A DNA stretch of 63,990 nucleotides, the filler included, from Craspedostauros australis (taxonomy: Eukaryota): NCBI GenBank assembly GCA_030167865.1. It is 14 parts of 14 records of this genome, joined end to end, with 100 filler letters (N's around TTAATTAATTAA, not from the genome) between each part and the next. Parts side by side here need not be neighbours in the genome. Positions count along the whole stretch, not along the records: positions 9,772 to 14,777 come from JALAGF010005309.1; positions 14,878 to 21,847 come from JALAGF010005311.1; positions 21,948 to 24,562 come from JALAGF010005312.1; positions 24,663 to 31,779 come from JALAGF010005313.1; 10 more parts are not named here. The stretch is one strand, 5' to 3'. The notes beneath the pieces were generated by a model. The model saw only the letters and a program-made list of their open reading frames with translations, was not told where the DNA came from and searched no databases. Positions 12,751-25,536 of this stretch are shown piece by piece (within the stretch, counting starts at the first letter, position 1; every line of letters begins with the position of its first letter). The position numbers and the translations under genes are program-made.

Positions 12751-12830
12751 ACAAACAGTAACAGTAACAGAAACACATTCGACAAAGAGTGTGACTACTA
12801 CCAATTCTCCGAGCGCGGAGCCTTCCAACA
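12751..12830 (+). mobile_element. Family C LTR 3' fragment
   Basis: AACAGTAACAGTAACAGAAACAC...GCGCGGAGCCTTCCAACA matches the ends at 29120, 33495 and 45847. Confidence 0.75.
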
Positions 12831-12855
12831 TGCTTGTGCTCGCCCTAGTAGTGTA

Positions 12856-13662
12856 TGTTGGCAAGTTCCGCGATTGGAAGCCTACGATCGTGGAAGACGG
12901 TGTTGTTGATAGTCGGTCTGTTTGCTATTTCATTACATTGAGTACTCCGATCCTCTTGGTGTCTCCGTTCTCTTGCCCGATGCTCTTGGCACGTTTGTCT
13001 ATCTTGTAGATTGGGTCGTCTGACTATGAGTCGGTACACAAGATGCACTTTTGCTGCTCTTTGTATTCTCTCTCTCTCTCCATATCGCGCATTTGCATTA
13101 CACGATACTCCATATTTGATGTGTACTCCGCATTCGACACTCCATTCGTTCATTGCTGATTCCTACTCCATGAGTACTTACCACTTGAACTCCTTTTCAT
13201 GTATCCATGATCTTGATGCTGTTCGGTCATCCGATCTTTACCTTCTGCTTCTGACATGGAGACAGATGTCAACGTGGTGACATGATGACATCCTGTTGAC
13301 ATCAGTAGGTGTCCTTCTGCTCTCCAGATGTCACATTCCACCAATGATGCAATGGTCTGTCAGATGATATTGTCATCTGGGGTTTAGTTGGGAGGTACCT
13401 TGAGCTTCGCTCGATACCATATGTTTCCATTGGTGGATGGACAGACGATGTTTCTAATTCTCTCAGAAATCGTTGATTGCAAATTTCCTCCAGAATTTCT
13501 GCTCATTTTTGTGTGTTCCATTTCCGCTGTGAGTCTGAAAAATCACACCATACTATTGACACGAGTGTAGTTTTACCGTCCAAGTACGTATAAGAGAATA
13601 ACGGGTGAACGATGCACATATAGATGTACATCTTGACATATACACGCATGTACATCTCGACA
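12856..13662 (-). mobile_element. Solo-LTR-like family A, full length (807 bp), reverse orientation
   Basis: TGTTGGCAAG...CATCTCGACA; flanks do not form a TSD. Confidence 0.85.
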
Positions 13663-14685
13663 CAGCACGGCGGATCCGTCACGATCAACCCAATGCTCTG
13701 TCGTGGGCCCAATGATGATAGAAACATCACGGCGGTGATACTTGACCCAGTAGTACAGCAGTCCCTGATCTCCGTGCTCACAGTGCCACGCCCATTTCTT
13801 GTTCAGGCCCTTCTTGCGGTCCTCGATATGGCGAAACGTCGTCCATACATCATCGCCACCCTCAAACACGTGCCCCCAACCCCTCGTCTGGTTGAACTTG
13901 GGGCCTTTGGTGATGAGGCTTGCCTCTTTCTCTTGCCGTTCGATGATTGCTTGTATCTCATCGTAGAACCCTGGCGCTGGTCTCAGCATAAAGAATCCGC
14001 CGTTGGCTGGTGAGGAGGTCCAGGTCAGCACCATATTCTTGCGGAGGACTGGCTGCGTCAGCCCCTGGTCAGCCAATGCCTGCGGATCAGGCTCTGACAA
14101 ATCAAAGAGATCATCCATGGAACAGAATGGCATGATGTCGGCGTCCATGTACAAGACTCTGCTGTACTCAGTGAGTTTCAAGATCTCGAATTTTCGTAGC
14201 ATCGCCTCGTGAAACGTCATCTTCTCGTTGGACCGCTCCATGTATTTGATCTTGACACCTGATTCCCACAACATCCTCTCCTCCTCTGGCAGCAGCCTGT
14301 CATTTGGCGCGCTGTGGAACATCTCGACCATGACAACGATATCCACCTTCGATCCCGCGTTGCGTAGCACACGTGCCGCGACGACGACGTTGTAGAGCAT
14401 GCCGAGGTGGTTGCCTGGATTGGTGGAGTCGCATCCAGCCATGAGGTAGACGTAGGCCCACTTCCGTCGAGGCTGCGTGTTGCCATTTGGGGTATTGTCT
14501 GCCGCAACAGCAATGTGATCGTTGTGCAATCCCACGAAGGGGGCATCAATCGTCTCGATGGAGGCCTGGGAAAAGATCTTTGAATGGATCACCGCGTTTC
14601 CAAGGACAACAATCGCGACGGCGCTCAACACCCATAGTAGTACACATTTCCGCCGATTCCCTTTGTAGTGATGATTCCTCGCCAT
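13663..14685 (-). CDS. GT8/glycogenin-like glycosyltransferase, type II membrane, 3' end cut by family A element
   Basis: N-terminal TM segment, WAYVYL, KFEILKLTEYSRVLYMDADIMP (DxD), ANGGFFMLRP, GDQGLLYY. Confidence 0.85.
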
Positions 14686-14877
14686 CGCACTTGGCTTGCT
14701 TTGCGTTGCGCCGCCTCTCGTCTACTCTATCGACATCGCTCTCTTCGAGTATTGTGGCTGTTGTTCCTCATGATGGTNNNNNNNNNNNNNNNNNNNNNNN
14801 NNNNNNNNNNNNNNNNNNNNNTTAATTAATTAANNNNNNNNNNNNNNNNNNNNNNNNNNNNNNNNNNNNNNNNNNNN

Positions 14878-17444
14878 ACGCGTGTCAACAACAAGGCTAA
14901 GCCCCCCACACCATCCCCAACTACCACGGAATCGCAAGAAGCCAGCATCGCTGCTTTTCTCAAGGTCTCATGCCGGCAGAAGGAAACAGCAATCGACCGT
15001 CTCACGAAGCAGATGAAGAAAGGCGCGAAAACAAAAGGATGGTTGCGAAAGGATGGAGGGCGTAGCAACACTAAGCCCACCAATAGAAAGAAACAACTTG
15101 ATACGCAAGACAAGCACAACTACATCGTTCTCTACTTCAANNNNNNNNNNNNNNNNNNNNNNNNNNNNNNNNNNNNNNNNNNNNNNNNNNNNNNNNNNNN
15201 NNNNNNNNNNNNNNNNNNNNNNNNNNNNNNNNNNNNNNNNNNNNNNNNNNNNNNNNNNNNNNNNNNNNNNNNNNNNNNNNNNNNNNNCCCCAAGAAGCAA
15301 AAGCAATACTTCACGCCGCGTGCCATCTTCGCGAAACAACTGCAGCTCAAACATCCACAACAACGGTTGCCGCCCGAAGACATCTCTTATGCCTATGCCT
15401 CTGCTTCTCCTGAAGAGCTGGCATCCGCAAANNNNNNNNNNNNNNNNNNNNNNNNNNNNNNNNNNNNNNNNNNNNNNNNNNNNNNNNNNNNNNNNNNNNN
15501 NNNNNNNNNNNNNNNNNNNNNNNNNNNNNNNNNNNNNNNNNNNNNNNNNNNNNNNNNNNNNNNNNNNNNNNNNNNNNNNNNNNNNNNNNNNNNNNNNNNN
15601 NNNNNNNNNNNNNNNNNNNNNNNNNNNNNNNNNNNNNNNNNNNNNNNNNNNNNNNNNNNNNNNNTGCGCGAACACCATTCGAACATACGTGATGGGATTG
15701 GAGGGCAGCAACTACCGTTCTACAACAATGCTCCCCAAGATCAAGGGCGACATCAAGGTGAAGCGCGACAGGTGGGCCAAGGACTTCTGTGTGTTCTGGG
15801 AATCAGCGGAGCTGTTCCTGAAAACGCAAGTTGTTGTTGTNNNNNNNNNNNNNNNNNNNNNNNNNNNNNNNNNNNNNNNNNNNNNNNNNNNNNNNNNNNN
15901 NNNNNNNNNNNNNNNNNNNNNNNNNNNNNNNNNNNNNNNNNNNNNNNNNNNNNNNNNNNNNNNNNNNNNNNNNNNNNNNNNNNNNNNNNNNNNNNNNNNN
16001 NNNNNNNNNNNNNNNNNNNNNNNNNNNNNNNNNNNNNNNNNNNNNNNNNNNNGCATGGTCCCAGCGCAGAAGAATACGTACCAGCGAACTTGGGTCTCGC
16101 CAACCAAGTACAAGCACCTTCCTGATCCCAACAAAATCTCTCATGTGAAGGGTGAACTGTACTTCCAAGCACTGGAGATCACAGGCAGCAAGGAAACAGA
16201 TGGTCGTCTTGATAAGCCCAAGCCAAAATACAGCCTCAAGAAATTCTTCCGCGAAAAAGAACTCCCCGCACTGGATTCGCTCGCCAACAAAATCAGGGAC
16301 GAAACGGGCAAGAACGTGGTGATTCGGTACCAGATGGATGGCGCAGGGCCACACAGAGACACGGANNNNNNNNNNNNNNNNNNNNAGGAGTTCGACAGTC
16401 GCGGATGGCATCTACGATTTCAACCATCGAATTCTCCCATCACGAACGTGAAAGACGATGCGATATTCCCAGCAATGTCGAAACACGTGTCAGCACATCA
16501 AGGTAAGCACCACGGGAGTCGCATGTTCACCACTGATGCGTTGTGGGAAGCTTGCAAAACCTGTTGGGAGCAATTTGGGCTGGACAAGCTGGCGCGTGCG
16601 TATGTTCGTCACCATCAGATCGCCTACGCAATTTGTGCTGCGGAAGGAGGTGACGAATTTGTGACNNNNNNNNNNNNNNNNNNNNNNNNNNNNNNNNNNN
16701 NNNNNNNNNNNNNNNATGTCGAAACACGTGTCAGCACATCAAGGTAAGCACCACGGGAGTCGCATGTTCACCACTGATGCGTTGTGGGAAGCTTGCAAAA
16801 CCTGTTGGGAGCAATTTGGGCTGGACAAGCTGGCGCGTGCGTATGTTCGTCACCATCAGATNGCCTACGCAATTTGTGCTGCGGAAGGAGGTGACGAATT
16901 TGTGACNGAGCGCAAGGGACTGAGCATGAATGTGCGGAAACAAACGTTCACTGAAACTGACAAGGACGGCAACGAGATCGGTGTGACTGTGTCTCACATG
17001 GACTTCGCGTTGGAGGAGGAGGATGATGAGGCAACCAACACGACCACCAAGAAACCAACTGCAACAGGCAACAAAGGCAAATCAGCTGGCTTCAAGTACG
17101 CCAAGCCCGACATCAAAGGTATGTACAATGATGCCCTCAAGGTGATGGCTATCAGTGGTCTGCAGTGCCTGAAAACGAACCTGCCAACAACCAGCAGCCT
17201 CATTCCGTTACTGGAGAAGCAAATCGTTGCGACAACCAAAGCCAATGAGGAGGCTGAACACCAGAAGAAAGGCAAGAAGAAGAAGACGCCCAGCAAGAGC
17301 AAAGCCGAGATCATTGAGCCTCGCAACAGCAATAGCAAAGCCAAAGCAGCACCCACCATGAACACATTCGACGTGGCCATGTTCGCTGGCAAGGACGAGC
17401 ATCACAGCAAAGCAGAGGAGGATACCAACACAGCAGAGGTGTAG
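14878..17444 (+). mobile_element. IS630/Tc1/mariner transposase, plant-mariner DD39D-like, gapped
   Basis: YQMDGAGPH...QPSNSPITNVKD parallels QQDNAxPH...QPPNSPDLNVLD; C-terminal GGDEF; candidate right end CACTG|TA at 18188-18194. Confidence 0.75.
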
Positions 17445-18209
17445 CTGCAAATCGAAGTAGTAGTAGTATATGTTATAGGCACACCTGTGATTGGAGTGCC
17501 CGTGTGCGCATCGTCTGTTTGATGGCATGGAGGATTGTGATGTGTGGTGTGTGATGTTTGTTTTGTGTTTTGTGTTTTGTGTTCTGTGTTTTGTGTTCTG
17601 TGTTTTGTGATGAGTGATGTGATTTTGTGACGCAGGCCGTTATTTTTGTGTCGTGAATGGTGTGCGTCGTGGAGCCATCGCGTTGTGTCGTGCTGCTCTG
17701 ATCGGAAAATTCCAGCCGAACCACACACAAAAACGCTCCAAGGCCTCAACTGCGTCGATCGGAGTGCCAGCACAATCGGTGTGTGTTGCACAAACCAATC
17801 GAATGGCAAAGGCTCCTCTTGGTTGGTACCGCACTCGTACATCTGTACCACATCGTGCCATGCCAGTATTCCGCTTTCTCTTCATCACACATGTGCAACC
17901 CTCGCGATCGTTGCTGCCATCAAGTCCACGAGTCTGTACTCGTCACTGGAGCACCAACGATGCATCCTCTGATCATTCATCTCTGCTCATGCCCTGCCGA
18001 CGGCACTGCCACTAGCACGATCGCCATGTATTGGTGGAGCAGAGGAGAGTAGAGTAGAGCAGAGCGCAACGAATCCACACCATACAATGCTCGTATGCTA
18101 TACGATGCTGTGTTGTGATGTGATGTGATGTGCCAGTGCAGCTCCTATAATACGTTACATACGACTTTGCATTGTGCCCATTGCACCCACTGTACCTTTC
18201 TTGTGTAAT

Positions 18210-18465
18210 CTATCCATTCCACCACATTTCGGAGGCATCCAAATCCCAAACGCTGGTGATCTTCTTCGGGCAAATCATGTTGTTGCGCTTGGTATCGTAC
18301 GCGGTGTGATGGCTGGGTGACAGCCAGCTGACATCGACCTCGTCAAGTCCACATTCGATGAACCATTCCATCGTCTGCATGCTGAAGACAAAGACGCAGG
18401 ATGCCCCCTCCTGCAGACACAGACGTTCCAGATAGCGAAGCATGGCATCACCGAGTCTTCGTTTT
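18210..18465 (-). pseudogene. argA: Degenerate C-terminal GNAT fragment of N-acetylglutamate synthase
   Basis: GDAMLRYLERLCLQEGASCVFVFSMQTMEWFIECG resembles the ArgA acetyltransferase domain (F.L.TxTxxWF.ERGF); the rest of the gene is not recognisable. Confidence 0.7.
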
Positions 18466-21249
18466 GGTTCGCACATAACGCTTCCTCGATGAGCTGGCCT
18501 CGGACAGGACAAGTTTAGAATACTCGACGAGTTGAACAACGAGAACGCAAGTGCACTCGTATGAACGTCTGGACGGAGTGGTTGAGACTGCAGTCAGGTT
18601 GTGTGGTTCATGTTCGGATATGCTCCCTTGAAGTCATGGGCAAAGGTACCACCATATCATGCTATACTAGCACATGGAAGTACGAGAACGCACAACTGGC
18701 AAGGTGCGGCGCAGCGCAGCACAGGATGCAAACGATTGTTCCACGACCGTATAGAAACATGTAAAGATGTACTCTTAATTCATTATCTTGATGGCGCTTC
18801 CGGACCACATCGACATGTGGTGATGCGATGTGATCGAGATATCTTGTTGTTGTTGGCCTGTCTGTCCTCCGTCTGTTCTTCAGTGTTTGTGTGCCAGCAT
18901 GTGTTCGTGCGAGTACACACACACCTGTGTGTGCGGCAGGGAAGTGGAATTCTCCTCATCCATTCTCTCCGAAGAACGACGACGCTCTTGTTTGGTGACG
19001 ATGTGCGATGGATCTCAGCGTGCTTGGGGAACCTGCCATGCCTTGTTGTACCTGCTCTTGTGTCTGCAATTTCTGAGATGTGCTGATCGGCGCCCCGGAT
19101 GTGAAAAGATCATCGTTGGACATGTGCTCACATGGATCGAAAAATTCCGTGTTACTGCTGTTGTCGTCGCTGTTGTCGTCGTTGGCCTCCATGCTTACTT
19201 CGTTCATGATCATTTCATGTGAATCCCTGATCCATCTCACTTCCGTCCTGCAAGCTTCTGCCATCTCCATTGTCAACATGACTTTCGTCATCGTCAATGT
19301 CAACATTGGCGATGTTGCCCGAAAGGTTTTGTTTGCCCGCGTTGTCACTGATGTCACCGTCTTCCTCCTCTCCGCAAAAGTCCGCGTCGATGTCGTAATC
19401 TCTGGATTGGTTGGACGTTCTGGCATCAAGATGATCATGCGTTGATCTGCGAAGAGTGAACCCACCTCTCAGTAGTCCAGAATATCCGACATGGTTCCTT
19501 GCTGGCGACATCGTCGCGAGAGATTGGATCTGATTCAGCGTGAAGCGAACTGGAAGCGCGAGCGAGCAGTCGATGAACATCCCGATCTTGTGCGACCATA
19601 CAATACCTCACTTTGGCTGCTGGACGGGCCTCATTGGCCTCATGGTCCTCCTGCTGTGCTTCCTTCAGTCTCTGCTTGAGGATCTCAACCTCGGTATGAG
19701 GTGTTTGGAACCCGTGGCGGGGGAGTTGTGCAGTTGCGCAGTTGAGTCATGGGAGATCTGTGAGAAAGGCAAGCGAGGGAACATGCGGCACAACTGAAGA
19801 AGTGAATGGAAGAGTGCCAAAATCTTGAAAATAGAATGGGAGTTCGGTCGACATCTCGAATCGCCCCACTTCACGCAATGAAGGCAATCTCAGCGATGGC
19901 AAGGCAGTTGCATCTGAAACAGAATTGGAATCTCTCTGGATCTCAACTTACAATCTTTTGGTGTGTGGGACGCGATTTCCATCCACGGGACCTTGGGGAG
20001 GGCAGCCGCAATGTTGGCATGATGTGCTGGTTGTGGCACGATTGGCTGCACGACGTTGGCATTGGCACACATCATGAGATATTTGAACGACTCTCGGAAG
20101 CTATCAGGGTAGTGGCTGGCAAGGACGGCTCCATATTCGACTGAGGATGACAACTTCATTCGTGCCATGGGCATCTTCCACCATTCTGCTGAAACGGACT
20201 GAGGATTCAAGAGTGTTTGCAAAATCTTGAGTCTTTGGCGAGATCACCGAAGATGGATCCGCACAGCTGTCCCTCCGCGACACCATGATGAATTCATCAT
20301 CCACTCAAATTGTTGCATCGATTTGGATGATGCGAAAGTATGTGTTCGTTTGTTTTTCATTTGCAATGCAACGATGAAGAGCAAGGGGTGGGTACCAAGG
20401 CGTCAGATTCTATCGCATTGTGGTGAATTGGCGTTGGCATTGCGGCGCAGCGCACAGCAGTCCACTGTTCGCTTCGCACAAGCAACAGAGCAAAATGATC
20501 TCCAATAATTGCACAGTGGGTGACGAGCAACAGGCCCATTGCAAATTGACAGCAATGGACCGGCGAAGGGCTGTGCTGGTTTGAATGAGTGAACGGATGG
20601 TGGTGAAGGTTGTGGGCGATTATCAACAGAGCGTTTGTCGTGAGCGTCGCCGCATGGCACCTACCTGGTGCGATCAAGATACTGTCTGGTTTGAGGAGAT
20701 TCTGTTTTTTCAATATGCACGCGATATTGATACCAGCCCAATGTAGATCCGGTCAAACACAAATGGGGCCTCTCCTTTGTCTGCGGCTATGTTCATGGCA
20801 TTGCCTGGATGACATTCATGTCATCAATCTTCTGCGCTCCAAGATTATTCGGCGTCCATCTTTGCAATGACTCGTGGCAACGCTGAACCACCTCTTGTTG
20901 AAGCTCAATGCATGGCATTTGATTTGGTGGCGGAATGGAGCACCAGGTAGGGGACGTGTTATGAATTGAGGAGGAGACGTGGCGAGAAACAGTTAGATGC
21001 GAGAAGCGATGGGATCATAGTTGTGTAACAAGGGACCTTGGTGCTGATCATATGACAACTAGTGTCCAGTATGATTAGCAGGTGTGCGGCTCAAGAACTG
21101 CACCATCTCAACATGTTGCTCAGACAAGACGAGAAAGAAGAAAGAAAGAATTCAGGCATGAGCCCATACATTCAGGCGTGCATGAGCGAAAGATCCACCT
21201 GCTCACATCATTTCAAAGCATGTCATAGCAGAGCGACGAATCACGACCA

Positions 21250-21555
21250 TCACATACCATATTGTGCCGAGCAAGGCCCAAAGAGGGACACCATGAGACA
21301 CATCAGATATCCTGTTCTGGAACCTGCATTGAGTACCTTGAGCAGAGTGTTGGGATGAAAGTCGAACAGCTCCATGATGAAGTTGTACATGTGTGGGGCT
21401 GAGGAGTGGACGTAACCCTCTNGAATNGGCTGATCGCTGTGCGCCACTCGAAGTTGGCTTTGCGCGACGAAGTGCGCCCGATCAACATTTTGGCATTCAT
21501 CTGCCACATCCATGGACTTGATGACGTCGTTGCCCAAAATTTCCTGGAATGTGGA
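21250..21555 (-). pseudogene. Degenerate fragment of protein-L-isoaspartate O-methyltransferase (PCMT/PCMTD-like)
   Basis: VDRAHFV...SAPHMY...LNAGSRTGYL (cf. LxxGSGTGYL SAM motif I), followed by a stop. Confidence 0.75.
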
Positions 21556-21947
21556 ATGCAGCCAGGGTGTTGCGATGGTTGGCGGTGTAGTTCGCGGAAC
21601 CACAGAACGTGTCGGCGATGGTCGATTCTTGGATGCTGTTGGCATCCATCCCCTCTGGCAGTTCGCAGCTGTTCGCTGCATCGGTATCCAGCTCGTCATC
21701 GTCGACGATATTGATGACCTTTGGATCAATGGTGAGGAAGGATGTGTCTTCGCATTTGGAATTGTCTGCATCATTGTAGACATCAGCGGTTGCGGCTTGT
21801 GCTGCTACTGTTTCGTCTGCGTCGGACAGCTCGTCAATGCGCTTCGTNNNNNNNNNNNNNNNNNNNNNNNNNNNNNNNNNNNNNNNNNNNNTTAATTAAT
21901 TAANNNNNNNNNNNNNNNNNNNNNNNNNNNNNNNNNNNNNNNNNNNN

Positions 21948-24562
21948 ACCCTTGTACTTCTTGATCGTACCATCCGGCAAGCGCTTGCGACGGAAGACCC
22001 AGGTCCCTGGGAAGATTCGATCGTTGACGACTTCGGCCTTTTTAATCTCTTCCCATGTTCCCTTTTCCGTAAGTGCCTTGATTTCCTTTTCGGCTGCTTG
22101 CATCCACTCATCCTTGTTGTCGTCGCGAATCGCTTCGTCGAAGGAAAGGGTGTCAGGGTCATTGCTGGATGCCTTGTACACGGATGAGCGTTCGGCGATA
22201 TCCAAATCGCCGCCTGTTGCGAAGTAGCTCATCATGTGTCCATCAACGTATGTTGGATAGTTTGTTGAGTCTCGTTGTGGCTCGATGATGGAGACAGCGT
22301 AGGCATGTTGTTCGATGTTCGCCCATGTGTGCTCTGGAATGCATGTTGCTGTGTCGAGGATGGATGATGGGTCGACTTCAAGTGTGGATCCGCTTTGACC
22401 GGACGCTCGCGTTGCTGGAGCCTCCTTCAGAGGTGCCGTGTTGGTTTCAATCATCCCTTGGACAAACTTCTCAACTTCGAACTCACTTGGCTGTGGCCAT
22501 GGCCCTGGACGGATGGTCGTGACTTGGCGACGGAGTAGTTCGAATGCGAGACGATAGTGATGATTCTCAGAGACGGCGTTCCACACGGAGCGAGTTCTTT
22601 TGAAGAAGGTGTTACCGCTGATTCTGCTTTCGGGAGGAAGAAAGCCTTTCATCATCAAGTATTCCGGATCCTGGTACGACCATGGCTCTGGTTTGGCCGA
22701 TGACATGTAGTCAAAGGCATCGAAGCTGGGGTTCATGATGCCGGTTCGAATGAAAGTGCTCAGTCTGTTGACGAATTGGCCGACAGCGTAGTCAGTCGCT
22801 TGTCTCCTGAGGTCGTCGCAACGAATCTCGCAGTGAAGGTCGACTTCGAAGTGTCTCTCCATGTCCGAGTAGAAGTCCTCGTAGACGTCTTGGAATGGCG
22901 TTGGTCCCTCTTCGACCATGTCGTCTGGATCCGGCTGCCACCAATCGGCCATGTTGATGTTGTCTTCTCTTGTTTCAGTCGCCTTTGGCGCAAATGTTGG
23001 AAGGACGACGTTGGTTGGTTGTGGATTCAAAGTGTTGAATCGGAGTCGAAGTCTGCGCAGTAGGTAGTTGGCATCCACCTTGAATTGGTGTAAGTCNNNN
23101 NNNNNNNNNNNNNNNNNNNNNNNNNNNNNNNNNNNNNNNNNNNNNNNNNNNNNNNNNNNNNNNNNNNNNNNNNNNNNNNNNNNNNNNNNNNNNNNNNNNN
23201 NNNNNNNNNNNNNNNNNNNNNNNNNNNNNNNNNNNNNNNNNGCCACTGCGGGACAGAAGTAGTAGTCATCGGTATCTTCGTCGTCTAACCATGCGGCTTT
23301 GCCTCCCATGCGCGCATACGTGAATCGCTTTGGTTGTTTGCGAGTTCTCGTGCTTCGAGGTCTTACTGGCGTTGGTTCAAGCTTAGGCATGGTTGGTGTC
23401 GTGGAACCGGTTTCAGTTGGCGTCGGATCTGAAGGTGGTAATGGAGTTGCCGGTCCTGAGATTGGTGACTCTCTGAGAGGTGAGTCCAATTGCGGTTGAA
23501 GTGTTCGCTGGTCCTGTGATTCTATAATAGGGTCAGGTACCGGGGGCTCATCAATAGCNNNNNNNNNNNNNNNNNNNNNNNNNNNNNNNNNNNNNNNNNN
23601 NNNNNNNNTTCACGTTGGAGGGGTTCGATTGTGTGCAAGCAATCGACGACAGCTTGTGAGAATGTGATGATTGATGCAGAATCAGGGTGTAGTTCCCTGG
23701 TTGTTGCTTCCTGTTCCTTTTCTTCCATGCTAGCCACTGCGGGACAGAAGTAGTAGTCATCGGTATCTTCGTCGTCTAACCATGCGGCTTTGCCTCCCAT
23801 GCGCGCATACGTGAATCGCTTTGGTTGTTTGCGANNNNNNNNNNNNNNNNNNNNNNNNNNNNNNNNNNNNNNNNNNNNNNNNNNNNNNNNNNNNNNNNNN
23901 NNNNNNNNNNNNNNNNNNNNNNNNNNNNNNNNNNNNNNNNNNNNNNNNNNNNNNNNNNNNNNNNNGAGAGGTGAGTCCAATTGCGGTTGAAGTGTTCGCT
24001 GGTCCTGTGATTCTATAATAGGGTCAGGTACCGGGGGCTCATCAATAGCTCCCTCTGTCGAAGATGTTGGCCTGTTGGCTCCCTCTGAGACTGGCATTGG
24101 AGGGGCAAGAGTGTCACTCATGAGATCCGGAATCTGTTGTGTCAGTGGTTGCGACTCTTTCGCCAATACCTGTGGCGCTCTTTCACGAACGGTTTGATGG
24201 TTTCGCGTTTCGGTTGCCGGTGGTGGAGTGTGGTAGTCGTTGCGTTGTAACCGGTTGTGGTCTCGCGTGTCTGANNNNNNNNNNNNNNNNNNNNNNNNNN
24301 NNNNNNNNNNNNNNNNNNNNNNNNNNNNNNNNNNNNNNNNNNNNNNNNNNNNNNNNNNNNNNNNNNNNNNNNNNNNNNNNNNNNNNNNNNNNNNNNNNNN
24401 NGCAATCGTTGCGAACCAGTCATCGAACACAACATGGAACTGAGGTGTGATTGAACCTGTCCGTGGTGATAGGACCAAAGGTACGGTTGAAGCATGCTTC
24501 GTGGATAGACCCATGTTCACGTATCTTTCTCCTCTTGGTTCCCATCGAGGTATCTTTCGTCC
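21948..24562 (-). mobile_element. Ty1/copia pol: integrase C-terminus, long linker and RT start
   Basis: HASTVPLVLSPRTGSITPQFHVVFDDWF; DPDTLSFDEA..W..AAEKEI..L; GTWVFRRKRLPDGTIKKYKG. Confidence 0.9.
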
Positions 24563-25536
24563 NNNNNNNNNNNNNNNNNNNNNNNNNNNNNNNNNNNNNN
24601 NNNNNNTTAATTAATTAANNNNNNNNNNNNNNNNNNNNNNNNNNNNNNNNNNNNNNNNNNNNTCTGGCAATCGTTGACACCAAGACGGAGAAGCAATTCC
24701 CAATGAGGGTGCGACCTCCTTTGCCACCATCAACACTGCGATGCAGGAGCCATGAGACGGAACTCTTTTGGTCGCTCCCATCTGCGTGTGATCGAAAAGT
24801 GAGAACACCTGTGAACTTCCATTTTCGAAGATGTCATGGATGCCAGGCCTTTGATCGCATGCTTGAGTCAGTGTTTCTATCAACCCTGAATCCCATTCCA
24901 GGCATTGGTGTTTGAACAAGCGGAGACACGAGGAGATCTCAGAGACGTCATTTCAATCCAGGGTTGGCGGTTGCTGGACGCCATGTGAGGAGGTATCTTG
25001 TGGTTCGGGCTATGACTGGACCGTCCGAATGCGTGTGATGTCAGCAACCAAGATCCAAACCGAAATGTGCTGTCGCCAGTCAGCCGGCGCGAGAAATGCA
25101 ACGGCACAGGCAGCCATACTCACCTGGGAGAGTCAACACGTCCAGGAGGGAAGACAAGAGAATCAAGCCGAAGTGCTCTCTCTTTACTATCCAGAGTCTC
25201 TCTAACTGACTGCATGCTCATACCAGAACATGGTATCCCAAAGTACAAAAGGAGAAATCGAGTTGGATTTGCAGTGTTGCAGTCCTCGTTGTGGCCGATG
25301 CCGCTTGCTACATCCCATGCGTCGTCATGCTGCAGCCTGTTGTGTTGCTTTGCGTGTTGTGGTGCATCTTGCACTGATCTATAATACGTGTAACTCCCTT
25401 TGCGGCTCTATTGCACTGCCGTACTTGTGCTATCCTTCACGGTCACAGCCATGATTGCTGCCGTCGTCACAGCCACTGTCATCGCGACATCGTCCAACAC
25501 TTACGCACGGCGTGGCCTGGTGACATGCTCATGCAC

